Source: Acanthaster planci (Eukaryota). Taken from it: DNA of 64,000 bases. A model generated the notes under the pieces. The model ran no database searches. It saw nothing but the letters and a program-made list of their open reading frames with translations, and had not been told where the DNA came from. How positions within the stretch are numbered: the stretch's first letter is position 1; every line of letters begins with the position of its first letter. The stretch is taken from the NCBI RefSeq assembly GCF_001949145.1, contig NW_019091358.1, forward strand, positions 620,961 through 684,960, given 5' to 3'. Shown here in pieces: positions 1 through 14,050 of this stretch. The translations under genes were made by a program, and so were the position numbers.

Positions 1-224
1 TCCAGGGAAGCGTGAACAATTTTATACAGAAGTGCAGTTTTCAAAGCACTAAAATTGTGTCCAAGAAAAAATTCATGGCAGCTAACGCTGAAACATAACA
101 TAGGTATGGGGTACTCCAACTCCCCCCAGCAAACAGGCCTTATCAAGCGAGAACAAACAAAACAGTGTAGGTGAAGTCCAGGTTTCGTGCGACACTTGCA
201 TTTTTCGTTACCATGGCAACATAC

Positions 225-361
225 CGTCTCGAGATGAACTGACAGTATCGGATGTAATGCCGTGAAACCGATGAAATTGGCACAGATCGCCAACATGCAC
301 ACCCAGACAGCCGGTATTTTCAAGACTTGGACAATGGGCCCGGATTGTTTCTCCTCGCTCC
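225..361 (-). CDS. SLC18B1: SLC18B1-like exon 7 (GSEEKQSGPIVQVLKIPAVWVCMLAICANFIGFTALHPILSVHLET); gene continues beyond window start
   Basis: CAG acceptor, GTATGT donor, 137 nt, phase 1/0, compatible with exon 6; central loop followed by TM7. Confidence 0.88.
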
Positions 362-593
362 CTGTTTTCAACAAAACCACAATATACAAATGTTTGATTT
401 CTTTCTGACGAGTTCACCAGCCGGTGAAAGGCAGGCCAAGCAGTCGACTCCTACAAGGTATCCGCAGAATCAATTGTAGGGCCCTTGTTGAACCGTACAC
501 AGTCTCACTTTTGATAAGAAAATTAATACACACACACATATATATATATATATATAATAGTAGAGAAAAACATCATTGCAAACGATATCTTAC

Positions 594-681
594 CATGATC
601 GGGCATGAAGAAACAGCTCGCACCGACCGTGGCCAAAACTGCTCCTCCCAGAACAAAGAATGGAACCCTGAATCCACCTGC
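594..681 (-). CDS. SLC18B1: SLC18B1-like exon 6 (AGGFRVPFFVLGGAVLATVGASCFFMPDH)
   Basis: TAG acceptor, GTAAGA donor, 88 nt, phase 0/1; TM6-like segment GFxxPF. Confidence 0.88.
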
Positions 682-1687
682 CTATTAAGAAGCAAGCAGG
701 GTCCAGTGGATGAAGATATGTAGTGGACAACTGATGTGCATTTAACTTGGGAATGCGTTTTGTGCAACTTTTACTCCAGAATGCAAGAAACCTTACGTCT
801 GTTTGGGTTTACCTAAATAAGAAGTGCACCCTTAGACATTTTATAATTTCTCATGCTTTTTTATGATGAATGGGGGCGCTGTTGCTGTGATGTCATGACA
901 AGAACAAACAGTTTTCCTGTTGAAGACTTTCTTCACTTATTTTGGACCATTTGGGGAAAACTCTGCTTGCTAGCCTACTCTCACGAACCAAAACTTAAAA
1001 AAGAGAAACTAATGAAGCAATAAAGCAAAATTTGCAACAGCCTTACATCCAAAAGTCTGATGGTGCAGAACTAGCTGTATCCCTGATGTTTGTGCCTTTG
1101 ACTTTATCACACTTTTGATCATGAACATGGTAATCGCATTAGCATTAAAACAAAAAGGCCCTAAAATAAAAATTGGAAAGCTACGACGGGACACAAAGGA
1201 GAATTAATATGATGTGCGAAAAATGTAACTCAACAGGTTTTGTCCAGTTTTGTACACGATTGTAAGACAAGAGCAGGCTGTGTCTACGACGGCACAGGAT
1301 AGAACATGTACTTTATTGGTACAAGGGCGGATCCAGACCCAGATGGGTTTGGGGGGCAGAGGAATAACGAAAGGCCTTAGTAAAAATTAAAGGACAAGGC
1401 AAAGGGTTATTATTTCGCCCAGAAATAATTTCCTGAACAAAATGGCTCTGTCCGTACAAAACAACATCCACTCAATATCTTCACTCTGATTAATAAAGAA
1501 ATCCTCATCATTTTGGGGGGGGGGTGGCCCCTGGTTGCCCCCCCCCCCGCATTGAATTGGTAGGAAAAGTGGGTCAATGTCATATGCAGTCTGACCCCAC
1601 TGACAGCGCTGTTGAGAAATTGTGGACTGTTAAAGAGGTTATATGAAGCTTAGGCATGCAAACTGTCTTGCAGCATATTTTACTTAC

Positions 1688-1756
1688 TTCAAAGAGCAAA
1701 CCACCAGCGGCTGGTCCGACTGCAAACGCTACGCCAGCACAGGTTTCAAACAAACT
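1688..1756 (-). CDS. SLC18B1: SLC18B1-like exon 5 (SLFETCAGVAFAVGPAAGGLLFE)
   Basis: TAG acceptor, GTAAGT donor, 69 nt, phase 0/0; contains the antiporter motif C-like GxxxGPxxGG. Confidence 0.9.
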
Positions 1757-2132
1757 CTACAGGTGAGATGTAAAATGCAGATTTCAGGGAGAATAAAAAA
1801 TTCGTCCTTAACCATAACAACTTCATAGTGTTGAACAACAAATTCGAGACGTAAGTATTTCCAATATGTGAATAGGTAGCTACATGAGCAGATCAAAGCC
1901 CTTTGAAATGTTATTTAGGTTTGTCAGTTTGCGAACAGAAGGTACGGGGCAGAAAAACCAACAAATCGTGTTCTTCAACCCTTTGCTTAAGAATGTCGCA
2001 ACCGGTACACCCCTTGGTCGGTTGGATACAAGGTTGAAAGTTGCCGACCGGAAGTAGTGGACCGGAAGTCCCCTTTTCAGAGCAAAGTCTATCGACTTTG
2101 CCTTTTTATGCTACAATAAACCCTGTTCTCAC

Positions 2133-2280
2133 CATTGACATGCCGACATTTTCCGGAAAGGTGTAAGCAAGAATGGCAGCCGTGGAAGTCGCACAAGCCG
2201 AGGAACCAAGGCCCTCCAGTAATCGTATAGCGAAACTGAATGCAGTGAATGTTGCGTCGGTAGGCATGTCGATTATGAAA
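2133..2280 (-). CDS. SLC18B1: SLC18B1-like exon 4 (FIIDMPTDATFTAFSFAIRLLEGLGSSACATSTAAILAYTFPENVGMSM)
   Basis: TGCAG acceptor, GTGAGA donor, 148 nt, phase 2/0, compatible with exon 3; contains the MFS RxxxG motif (RLLEGLG). Confidence 0.9.
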
Positions 2281-3094
2281 CTGCAAGCAAACTTGTAGAC
2301 TTGTAAACAAGTAAACTTGTGTTCAAAGTCGCAGATAACCATTAGGCGTTACAGTCAGAACATAAAATTTTACTCAGATGACTTTTTTAAGTGTTCCAGA
2401 GGGGATTGTGTCTAAATCAGGAAGCAAGCCATATGGACCGCCGTTTATTTTCTGGTACGTTTCGGCCATCTCAAGGCAAAACAATGGAACTTGATTTTTT
2501 TTTCATTGAACGCGGTAAGCATTTCAGAGTTGGCAGCTTTAATCTCCAGCAAACCTTGTGATTATCCTATGCAGAACTATGTTTCTCGAGTAAAACACAC
2601 TGCGGTAACGTTGATTTTCAGACAGAACCCTCTATCTACACGATGCTCGGGTTATGCATGCAACGATGACCCCCAAAGATGCCCTTCATATTTGAAAGAA
2701 AAGCTCATCTGTAACTAGAGATAATTTTGACCATTATGAAACTTTTTCCTAACAGATCAGTGCAAATGGCTGTGTTTCTTCTTTGCTGGAGGATAACAAT
2801 TTTGACAGTGGGCGGTAAGCAAGTGACAAGGAGACTGTAGGAAGGCTACTGTACACTGTACATGGGGCAAGTTGTTAAGTGCTCTTGCACTACTTGCAAC
2901 GGAAGTCTTACACGTACCGAAACAAACGTCATGTGGTAACGAAACCCAAGAACTCAATAGGGCAAATCCTGGGCTCAACATCTTGCACTGATATTTCACG
3001 AAGGTCCACTTCGTTAACCACTGGTGCCCGATACGATGTCGCATTTAATTAATGCAGGAGGGGTTACCAGTCAAATGTTCACGTGCATGTTGCA

Positions 3095-3930
3095 CAAATA
3101 TTTGGTCTTGGGCGAATATTTTGGTCTCGGGTGAAAATTTTGGTTGCACCAAAAAAAAAAAAATGATCTTGCGTGTGAAAACTTTTATCTTGCACAAAAA
3201 TTTTAGTCTTATTCAAAACAATTTGGTCTTGCATGAAATTTTAGTCTTGCATGATGTGATGTAGTTTCATCTTCTTTACGACGAAACAGTTGTATTTCTG
3301 ACAAACTCGCACGATCACGCTTCTCTGCTATTCTACATGTATCCTTATTCATTTCTACAGTAGTGCTAGCAGATGTGATACATAGCAAATCAAAATCTGG
3401 AAGACACTCTTCCCCTCTCTCTCCTCTTATTCCCATCTAATTTCTAAGAAAATATCTGTGCACTTCCAGAAGGTCAGTGTGGTCAGTCCAGGATATAGTG
3501 TGGTCAGCCCCGACCACTTCCAGTCCCTTAGATTTCATTTTTATGACCTCATGAGCCCAGTTTCCTCCTTAATTGACCACGACCTTCCCCTACATACTTG
3601 TGATTCCTTACTCAGAATATCTTCATGACACATGAAATTTTGGTTTTGCATGAAATTTTGTTCTTGCACAAAAATGTTGGTCTTTTACACAAAATTTGGT
3701 CTTGCGTGAAATTTAGGCCTTGCATGAAAACTCTGGTCTTACATGAAAATTTGGATCTTGCAGGCAAATTTTATTTTTGCTTAAAATGTTTTCTTACATG
3801 AAAATTTCGATCTTGCGTGAAATTAAATCTCGCTTGATTTTTTTCGTGACCGAATATTTTCTGTTTTGCATAAAATTCTTTGTGTCCTGCAGTACAATAA
3901 ATTAGTCTTGGATGATTTTGTTTTTTCTTG
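3095..3930. repeat. Degenerate ~21-bp minisatellite (AAATTTTGGTCTTGCATGA-like), in two blocks (~3095-3255 and ~3635-3930)
   Basis: Many recurring aaattttggtcttgc variants, separated by ~380 bp of unrelated sequence. Confidence 0.75.
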
Positions 3931-4229
3931 GTCTTCAATAACCGTCTTGAATTAATTCTGCTTTGGTATTCCATACTTAAGCATAAGTCTCCACCAATCA
4001 AAACAATCGCCTCTGTCGGGCATGTAATAAATTATTCCTCATTACAATGTCGCGCGTATTCAACACGGCGTCCTTTCCGGCAGTGGCGTAAGCTCCACTG
4101 GCAGACGACAATCTGTTTCAGAATTGCCTCAAATATGCAGCAACGAAGCTTGGGATCATCCGATCGACAAATTGAAACCACAGCAAATGTTCATGAAGTA
4201 GACTTCATGAACGTAAGTAGCCTAGACAT

Positions 4230-4760
4230 TTCAAGATGTATTTTGCGCTGGGAAGATGTTACTTTATATTACGGGTTTTGCCCTTATCCAACGTATATAT
4301 TGATAAACACTGCATGCTCAGTGCTTGTCCGAGAGCTTGCGAAAAAATTCACAAGCTTACTTGGGTGGGACTCAAACCACGACCTCCTGCTTACTAGTGC
4401 AGACGAGTCCCACCCGCGTAAGCTTGTGAAATTTTTTCGCAAGCTCTCAGAAAAGCACTGAGCATACAGTGTTTATCAATACATGTGTATACGTTGGGTA
4501 AGGGCAAAACCCGTTATACAACTTAACATCTCCCCAGCGTAACATACAACTTGAAATAGTTATTGGTACCCGCTGCTACACTTGACTCGGACCGGCCAGC
4601 CGACCCCGGCAAGCTCGGTGGTCGAATGGTAAGACGTCTGCACTAGTTAGCAGGGGGTCGTGGGTTTGAGTCCCACCCGAGTAAGCTTGTGAATTTTTTC
4701 GCAAGCTTTCGGACAAGCACTGAGCATACAGCGTTTATCAATATATACGTTGGGTATACG
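4230..4760. mobile_element. tRNA-derived repeat family A: one inverted partial copy plus ~1.3 tandem units of ~265 bp
   Basis: A-box/B-box-like head (GGTGGTCGAATGGTAAGACG...GGGTTTGAGTCCCACC); homologous to 11435-11735 and 14585-14790. Confidence 0.8.
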
Positions 4761-5677
4761 TTCGTTCAGAGAAATGCGAATAATTCATTAAATTAGCATA
4801 TTAAATAATTCAGATATACCACTGAAAACTACGGCCGTGTCCTAAACGGGCTTCCAGAGCTACGGCTAGGTCTACTGCCTACGCGTCTCCACACATTTCC
4901 TATGGAGCGGAGACCTAGACCTAGCTCTAGACAACAGATTCGGATGCAGCCAAGGCTTCAAAGGCGCTTGCGGCGGCGCGCACAGTCCACGACACACACA
5001 GCTTGGCTACTGCATGCATGGTTAATTTCGAACTTGCAAGCAGGTTGTCGTGTGGTCTTGACTATCCATTTAGTATGGAATTCCATGTCGCCCGTCGTCC
5101 GTGGTTTTTTGTTTGTTTGTCATTATTGCGCAGTAGTATTTTTAACTTTGACCCTTGATCGTTTCACATGTACATGTACTTGTTCGATCGATCCACCGTG
5201 CCTGACTCTCATATGTATTCGTTTTTGCAGCTGCCCTAAACTCCACTTGAAGGAAGAAATAATATCCTTTCATTTGTTAAAGACTGACATCGGTAAAGTG
5301 ACGTGTATATAAAATAATACCATTTTTGTTACCTCAATAAGTTTAAAAAAAAAACTTTTGTTCGGGTAGATTGTTTTTCTCAATGAGTTGGTTACTCTAG
5401 ACGTAACTTAACTCGTTAACGGCCTGACGTTAAGTCTGTAGCTTATGTAATATTTTTGTCACTCCCTGCACGATATCCTACAGAAATGAATGTAAATAAT
5501 AAATTATTTACAATGATTGATTCCTTAATAGTTTTCATAAGAGACGAACTGATTCAACATTATTTTGAAGGAAGGTATACTTATGATGAAATCTGCTGTA
5601 TACTCTAAATTAGACATGACTTGAGTTGTAGGTAGGCTCACAGAAGCCTTTTAAACAGTAACGTACTCGTTAGCCCC

Positions 5678-5824
5678 NNNNNNNNNNNNNNNNNNNNNNN
5701 NNNNNNNNNNNNNNNNNNNNNNNNNNNNNNNNNNNNNNNNNNNNNNNNNNNNNNNNNNNNNNNNNNNNNNNNNNNNNNNNNNNNNNNNNNNNNNNNNNNN
5801 NNNNNNNNNNNNNNNNNNNNNNNN
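5678..5824. other. Assembly gap (N run)
   Basis: Run of N. Confidence 1.
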
Positions 5825-6499
5825 CTGTCTAGTATTTCTGGATTTCAAGGTGAAATTGTGAGGACAAAATGGAATATCTGTATCGCTTGGCAGATTTCTT
5901 TCTAGAATTTGATGAAAACAAGTCGGCAAATTTTTACAGTATGCAATAAAATTAAACTTGCCTGAACATCTTTGCTGAAATTGTTTTCCCCAAAAAACAC
6001 TTGGTTGAATTCTCAGAAAGGCAACATTTTCTTGTCAAGGGGCAGAGGTAGTCTAGCATCACTGGCATTAATTATGGGACTAATATATGCTTTGCAGGTG
6101 AGATTTGTACTTGCCTTATTGAGAAAAGATCCTTAGAGGTGAATGGAATCATCACATTGTCATTTGTTAATTAAACCCAGGCTTTTGCAGGTCCTATCTA
6201 GCCCCACAAATAGGGCTGTAGTAGTGGCTCACTTTTACAATCTGTCTCTTATCTGTCGCCACCACAGCCCTACTTCAAGGCATGTCTTAGTAAATGCCTG
6301 AAATCCCAACTGCAGGATTGTCACAAACTTTGAATCCTAATATCTTCCGAAATAAGAATGCACTCGACAATTTTACTCACACCGGCGTATTTCCCAGAGT
6401 TTGGACTGTAACAGCACCCGAAAGCTTTCCAAAGTCGTCAATTTTCCGATGTATGGCGCCTCGAAAAACCCGGCTTGTACTGTTAAATGCCGACCACGG

Positions 6500-6667
6500 G
6501 CTGCCGCCATGGGCATGCAGAGCCTTGAACTGACAGCTTTTGAAGTATTCTCCAATCGTACAGTATAGATGGTAGAAGAACTAACGCGACATCATGCCCA
6601 AAATTACTTACCAACATTCCCGGAAAAAGCTGCTAGATCAAGGCTCTGCATGCCTATGGCGGTAGCC
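6500..6667. mobile_element. Small MITE-like element with ~25-30-bp inverted repeats
   Basis: CCGCCATGGGCATGCAGAGCCTTGA (6505-6529) versus TCAAGGCTCTGCATGCCTATGGCGG (6638-6662); one mismatch. Confidence 0.55.
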
Positions 6668-6679
6668 TACAAAGAGCGA

Positions 6680-8734
6680 ATAGGTAGCAGGTCTTGTTTC
6701 TGTTATTGTTCTTTTTCATGGTTACTTTCTAGCTCTGCGTTTTCATTAAGAGTGAGTTGTTGAAGAAAAGGGTTTTCTTTTTAATCAAATGTAATTAGAA
6801 AGAGCGTCACGACCAACTATAAGCCTTGCCTCCAGGAAATAAATAACATAAGCCACAACGTCGTTTTAACTTTTCCGGCTCTAATTTTGATCTTCCTAAT
6901 AATTATGTAATAGAATTGATTTTGTTCCCCTACTTTTTGAAATCCTAACTACCCCAGAATTAGGTCTTACAATTTGTGTGGGTTGCTTGGCAGTGCGTGT
7001 GGGCAGTTGGTAGCAGAACTTGCAGCAAGAGTCCTTGAGACGGGCATGACGGATCATTTCCCTAGCTAGTGACCTTCCACTTCACTTGGCTACTGGACTG
7101 AACAGAGACTGTTCTGTTGTCCCTCTGTGATTGCTCCTTCCATCGAACCTGCCATACTTACAAATTCGTCCCTGTCCTGCTCTAGGCAAAAACATTACCA
7201 GTGTAAGCCTATTGAACCACACATGCATACGTTGCCGAAACCTGATTTAGTCAAGGGGAAGGAAAGACTGTGCACTTGAACCCTAAACATAATATAGCCC
7301 ACACATCTTCGCCATCCAGTCGAGCTCTTTTTACTGCAAGCCTTTCTAGTGCAAACTCTACAGCTACTTGCCAAGTCAAGCCAAGCCAAGTCGTCACCTA
7401 CGTATTTTCGTAAACCGTGCGAAAACTTTTCACTGTATTAGCCGGAAACGAATTAATACTCACTGGTTAGCTGATAATAAAATGCGTACACTAGTAAACA
7501 AATAAATAATGTAAGCAGGTGTCATGATTCTCATATTATGTCCGCTACAATACTTCTAAATCTATTCTAAGATACAATACATCAATCATTATAACGTGCC
7601 TGCTAATGTAAGATGCGGATCAGTGAAGAAATTATACGTGTGTGGCCAAACAGAGTTGAAGAAAACACACGGCCACAATGGTAATAGCGTCTGCATAATG
7701 ATCTAATATCATTGAAACTGTGGTGATGAAGGTAACGAGGACGACTGGCCTGAAGGAAGACTACGACGGAATATTCTGAGGATATTACAGAGCAGGCTCG
7801 GTGGTAACTTCCTAAACCCTTGGTCAAACTTGCGGTCATACAATTGTAGACAAATTGTATGGGGAATTGGAAGTACTACTTAGAAATTACCAGGATGGAC
7901 CACAGAGAAATACCGGNNNNNNNNNNNNNNNNNNNNNNNNNNNNNNNNNNNNNNNNNNNNNNNNNNNNNNNNNNNNNNNNNNNNNNNNNNNNNNNNNNNN
8001 NNNNNNNNNNNNNNNNNNNNNNNNNNNNNNNNNNNNNNNNNNNNNNNNNNNNNNNNNNNNNNNNNNNNNNNNNNNNNNNNNNNNNNNNNNNNNNNNNNNN
8101 NNNNNNNNNNNNNNNNNNNNNNNNNNNNNNNNNNNNNNNNNNNNNNNNNNNNNNNNNNNNNNNNNNNNNNNNNNNNNNNNNNNNNNNNNNNNNNNNNNNN
8201 NNNNNNNNNNNNNNNNNNNNNNNNNNNNNNNNNNNNNNNNNNNNNNNNNNNNNNNNNNNNNNNNNNCACCAAAGAGTTAATAGCATGTAATTTGCAAGCA
8301 CGGGGGACAGAAATGAAAGAAAACAGTAAAAGCGCCCTCTATAAACACCATGAAGCAAGTGGCGACAGCACGCGTGGCGTCGTGCGTCGTGTCGTGCGTC
8401 GCGTCGTGCTTCAGGCGACGTAATAGGCGACGCGATGCACGACAAGACGTTCGATGCGACGCACGACGGTGCGACGCGACGGGCGACGGAAGGGGCGACG
8501 TTTAGGCGGGAAAAATGCAACATGGAAAGGACCAGAGACAGCACGACGCGACGGACGACGGCACAACGCGACGCACGACGCGACGCGTCGTGTGTGTACA
8601 AACATAGTGGCAAGAAGGTGACGGTGCGACCTGACGGCACGACGCAAGGGAGCCGTCGTGCCGTTGCGTCGTGTAGTTGCCTCGTCTGGAGGGAGGCTGA
8701 AGAGAGAGAAATGTTTGTCGTAAATAGTACACTA
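6680..8734. mobile_element. Partial copy of the CGACG-rich long-TIR DNA transposon (same family as 31487-33848, opposite orientation), one TIR missing
   Basis: 6680-6860 and 7550-7915 match the reverse complement of 32790-33420; 8290-8734 is the CGACG-rich TIR, ending GTCGTAAATAGTACACTA followed by TA. Confidence 0.8.
7917..8266. other. Assembly gap (N run)
   Basis: Run of N. Confidence 1.
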
Positions 8735-11434
8735 TATGTATGTGTACTTGTACATGTTTAATAGAAATAACGTGTATGCTGTAATCTACATGCACACAAT
8801 AGGATAGGCTATTATTTGTGGGAGCGTTGCAGTACTGTACCACTGCTCAAACATATTGAGTGATCGTTAACAGGATTAGGTTTCACTTTTACGACTTCAA
8901 CGCATGTGGACTTGCCTGTTAGTAGGCTACACAACTAAACAGTAATACTATGGTAATTCGCAGCTGCAGTACTGTCACACCGTCTTTAATTTCTGGACCA
9001 GAGGAAATCGCTCGTGTAAATTTATAAAATACAGAAATTCAAGGTGTGCATTGCAATTTCAGTCCGCTCTTTCCGCCTGAGGCCTCAAGTCACAATACAG
9101 TAGATGTCGAACTATTATAAACCATAGAACAAAACAGCCAAAAGTAATTTATGGGCCAAAGATTAAATTTGTACATGCCAAAAATTCTCTTTTGTTTAGA
9201 CTAACCTTAAATTTTGGCTTGTTTGTGTTTGATTATTTAATGCCCACAAAGACATTTATTTCAAACCATGACTAAAATATATTTGTGAGGAGCTGATTGA
9301 TAAAATTAATTAGTGAAGTAATTATGTAAATTGGACATTTTGGGCGCCGTGTAAACACAGAATGCATTATTCAAAATTTTTGGCGTGTAGTGAAGTCAGT
9401 AGTTATCAAATCAGATGTGAACAAATATACACACACACATACATACATAGGCCTACAGATACACCGTTTAGACCATGAAAAATTATGGAATTATTGCAGT
9501 ATCAAAGCAGGACGCGTTGTTTCCCGTGAATCTTTGCTAAGATTAAGACTGTATGCGCTAAACCATCCATCTAAAAATAGTGACATTTTACATATATTAA
9601 AAACAAATATGTCATAAAATGTCCGTCAAGTACAAATGGAATCGGATGTCAAATCATAACAGCCGCCGGAACTTTAAAATACGTTTTGCTCAAAGTGTTC
9701 ATTATCTGTTTGTTTGCAAATAATGCAGAAACAGCTGCCGCTTTTGTTCATATTTTTGTTCACGATTGCTTAGCAAGGCTTTTCCAGATACCTGAACAGA
9801 AATACCTCAAATGCTCTTTCTTTTGCGACATTTATAACAATTAGCAGTGATGTGGGCAAGGGTAATGTAATGGGTTAGGGTAATTTTTACTGGGTCAAAA
9901 CGTGACCCGCATCAAAATACCAGATTTCTTTGGCGTATAATGTGCACAAGTTGATGTTAACAGGATTAAGAGAGACATGCTTTAGGTCATTATAAAGCTG
10001 TTTTGAAAATTGAATATTCCACGTGTCAGGTGTCACGCCGGCAAAGTTAAATTCTTTGCAGGGCTGTATCTGTAGAACCAATCGGTTCCCGTATAGTCCC
10101 ATTAGGTTGAAACTTGGGACAAAGAGAAACCACGACGTGTTATTTATAACAATTTGAGTGACGTAATGATTACGTCACAACCTGATTTTGAATTTTTAAT
10201 TTTTCCGCATTTTAACATTCTTTTCGACGTCACGTTTTTCCTAAATAAAGCAAGGTTTTGCCAAATTCTATTGCATGACCTTGGGTAGGGGCAGTAGAAG
10301 TTGATTTAGTTAAACAATAGTGACAGCATGATAACGTCATCAAAAAAGACCGATTTTGCATTCGTTTACTGAGAAAGATTTTATCGGCATGAAGTGCATA
10401 GGATAGGCAAAACCTTTACACACAGATAGTCCGATAAGAAATTTGTTCAGTCACGTCATATCGAAATACCAGTTTGCCCATTTTATGCAGTTTTGTACAT
10501 TTTCCAACCATAAGACTTTGGAACTTTTGCGTTGATCTGACTGACCTCAGACTTGGCGCAAAGTTAGACCTCCATGTAGAGATAATTCAAGAACAAGTTC
10601 GTCATTATAACGTCGTCAGATGTCAGATGACAACACTATAAAGGTGCATTTTTCAAAGACCTCTAACTTTAGAAATACAGGTCTGCTTAAGTTCGAATTT
10701 GACATGTACCTAGAAGAACCTGGTCTGTTAAGAAGTGAACACTGAAGTCACATGATGACAGCATCACATGTCAGCTGACGTCATGTAAAGGTACATTTTT
10801 GTATGTGTACCTAAAACACTAATTCACATGTAATGTATGTTTTATACGTGACATTATATTAACATAAAGGACATCACAAGTCGCAGGGCCACTCTAATTA
10901 ACAACTGCCGAAACTGCCTGTGTTTGTCTACAGACACATTTCTCGGTTTCGATTGTTATTGTTTTGTCCAGAGAGGGCCGATGTATAGGGAAATATGAAC
11001 GTTACCTGCCATGCTATAGAACGCAGAATCGAATGTGGTCCATAAGGAGTGGATAATCAGTATACAGCTACAGTAGTGAAAATTATACTATATGACAATC
11101 ACCGCGGGGAAGTGTATTTGCTTGTCACAAGAACACTTCGCAGGAGAAGAAAAAATGAAGCTGATTGTTTTTAGCCCTTTGCAAGCTAAAATTGGTACTG
11201 AACCAAAAAAAGTATCCAGTGGGAAGTAGTTCTCGCTATGATCAACTTACCGTCATCTATGACTTGTAACTAGTGATAGACGGTATCAAAAACAATGCAG
11301 TTCATGTTACCGGTAGAATTAAAGAGGACGTAACTGAAACTGTTAAAGAGCAACTCTCAGGAAAACATGTTTTCTCTGATTTTATCTGTTCGAATGAATA
11401 TGGAAGCATCCAAATCGAATGCAGTGTCATTTGT

Positions 11435-11735
11435 CTTACTAGTGCAGACGTCTTAACCACTCGACCACCAAGCTTGCCAGGGTCGGCTAGCCGGTCCAAG
11501 TCAGGTGAAGCAGCGGGTACCGCGAACTATTTTCAAGATGTATTTTTGCGTTGGGGAAATGTTAATTTTATATAACGGGTTAAGACGTCTGCACTAGTAA
11601 GCAGGAGGTCGTGGGTTCGAGTCCCACCTGAGTAAAGCTTGTGACTTTTTTCGCAAGCTCTGGGACAAGCACTGAGCATACAATGTTTATTAAACATACG
11701 TTGGGTAAGGGCAAAACCCGTTATATAAATTAACT
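11435..11735. mobile_element. tRNA-derived repeat family A copy with internal inversion
   Basis: 11435-11580 is the minus-strand half; 11580-11735 is the plus-strand half containing the B-box GGTTCGAGTCCC. Confidence 0.8.
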
Positions 11736-12632
11736 TTCTAAAGGTGAAAACCTCACTGTCCCAGAGAGTGGGTTCCTATAAATTCACTTCAAGAGAGTGA
11801 AATCACTCGTAGAGGAGTCAAAATTTCTCTAAAAGAATGAAAATCACTCACAAAGGACAGTCAACTCATTTTTCGACTCGTCCTCTGTATATAGGCCCCT
11901 TAGCAGGGCAGAAATTTCACTCTTGTAGAATGGTGTTCACTCTTTTTAGAGTGACTTTAACTCTTTTTATCTTTTGAGCGGATTTAGAAGAGACTCACTC
12001 TTCTGCAGAGTGAGTTTTTGCAATATTAAAATAGTACCATTAAGTTTTTCCACATGTATAAACTACTGTAATTATAGTATGATGTCCCAAACAATGAGGA
12101 TTTTGGGGGGTAATTTCCTGTGACACATCTATGGACAGCAAAAACTTGTGAATTATATATTCCATAAGTTGATTCTTTATGATTGTATAATTTCAGTGAT
12201 CATGATTGTGTAAGTTATTTCATTTTGAAAGTGTAAAAACAGCCCAGGGAACGGACGAATTATAATGGTTGTTTATGAATGGAATGCAACTATTATGAAC
12301 TTCACTTGAAACCGTGTATATTCAGGTGTGTGTTGATTGAGAGTTATTAAGAACTAAGTTGGATTTATGCAACTGAAACGAAACTGATTTAGAAAGTACT
12401 TTTATACCATACAATCGAAAGCAAATTTAAGAGGGGATGGTGTAATTATTCTTATGAATAAATGTGTAAATACCCTTTGAATTTAATTAAAGTCTTTTAA
12501 ATTAGGTTTCATTCTGTCTGAAAAGAGGTATGACAGCCGGAGATTGCACTTTTACGGGTTCGGAATTTCTAGGGCTGTGACAGTTCTTGATAAGCAGCTT
12601 CAGAAAGGCAACAGGTACGGTACACAACTTAC

Positions 12633-12706
12633 CCAAACAAAATATTGCAACTGCCTGCCACGAAGGCCCCAGCGAGAAAAGCAAAACGGGCTCCAATGAG
12701 TGGCAG
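12633..12706 (-). CDS. SLC18B1: SLC18B1-like exon 3 (LPLIGARFAFLAGAFVAGSCNILFG)
   Basis: Polypyrimidine tract + TAG acceptor, GTAAGT donor, 74 nt, phase 0/2; resembles the IGAKFMFVAGMFVSGGVTILFG segment. Confidence 0.9.
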
Positions 12707-12912
12707 CTACAGAAAAAGAAACGCACAAAATCTTTAAACCGCTTGAAGAGACTCGCTTTCTGTTCATCATTTTCTGCACTGCAAGTTGTTCCTTTATTTT
12801 TCCACTATGATTTGATGTTGACGTGATGAACGAGAAATAGCTAGGAGAGGGTGGTAAGTTCAGTAACTTAGACCCAATAGTACAGTCAATTCGGATAAAG
12901 AATTGAGCTTAC

Positions 12913-13008
12913 AAGTTTGCCCCAGATTGGTGAACTTATTCCAGCTGCAACGGAGAAAGAGCTGAACACCAGCCCAATAACAGTCTGCGACATTCCCCTC
13001 GCTTTGGC
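12913..13008 (-). CDS. SLC18B1: SLC18B1-like exon 2 (AKARGMSQTVIGLVFSSFSVAAGISSPIWGKL)
   Basis: TTCAG acceptor, GTAAGC donor, 96 nt, phase 0/0; reads as MFS TM2. Confidence 0.9.
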
Positions 13009-14050
13009 CTGAAGTAAATACAAAAACAAATCCATTGAAGAACATAATTATAATACGGAGGATTCACAATAGTGCACCTCCAAGGGGTTTGCAGCGCGTT
13101 GGCCGATCACAACGCGCGAAATCTGTCGACCCTTTCGGAACGCACATTGGATCGACAAATTTCGCGCACTGTGAGTGGCAAACGCGTTGCAAACTATTGG
13201 AGGCGCACCTTGAATAGGGTGTGGGTATGGTGCACTTTCCAATGGGGCCAGCGGGGTTGGCCCGCGGTCAACTGAGCACTAAAGCAAAGCATACGTGTGT
13301 CACTAGTACAGAGGTGTACATGTTTCACATAATACCTGTGATATATGCTTTATGAACGATGTGCGAAAATGGTAGGTACCAAAGTGCTTTAATGATAAAA
13401 ATATGAACTTGCATCCCGCTACTAGTAAGCTCCATTGGCATTGGTACATACAAGACTTTGAAACGTCTAGCAAGTGCATCTTTTCCCAAAATCAGCCTAA
13501 GTGGGCAAATTTTATGAACGCTAATTTTTCAGGCATTTTTGCTATAATACCTGTCAATTATTATCTTTTGTCAAGCAATGTTTTAAACAGATTACTAAAT
13601 GTTAAATGGCTATCAACGAGAAGGGAAAGTATTAAAAGTCTAATTTAAATGTAAAACAAAATGTTTCTTTGAAATAAATTGAAACAGCATTTAGACGACG
13701 GATGAACTTATATTTCAACCTTTGATTTCCTTAACATGTAATAAACATTATGAAAGCTGTCCCGATACTCCGAAAATTGTGGAATTACACTGGTGTTAAA
13801 TCATCACTTTCGATATCAGTATTCACAGGACATCAAACCAGGGTGATTAGTAATCAACGTGACTCATTTTAAGTTGGACATGAGAAATGGGTGTGGACTA
13901 AACATTGCCAAATGTCAAATAGAACTGAAAAACGTGCATCAGTTAAATCACAGAAGTAAATGGTAAATTCAAATGCAGTTTAATTTGCTGAACATTCGTG
14001 GGGGCCCCCACTATATTGCTTGAATATATAGCCACCTGGAAACTACTCAC

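Noticed and set aside
4610..4690. tRNA gene (also 11580-11630, 14635-14700, 29215-29285)
   Set aside because: A/B boxes are present but I see no intact cloverleaf, and each is embedded in a longer dispersed repeat.
7855..8290. Long ORFs spanning N runs (also 20473-21130 and 32005-32867)
   Set aside because: Artifacts of assembly gaps.
8290..8843. Arg/Ala-rich ORFs here and at 31486-31988 and 33362-33930
   Set aside because: Stop-poor translations of the CGACG-rich TIR on both strands; no protein-like features.
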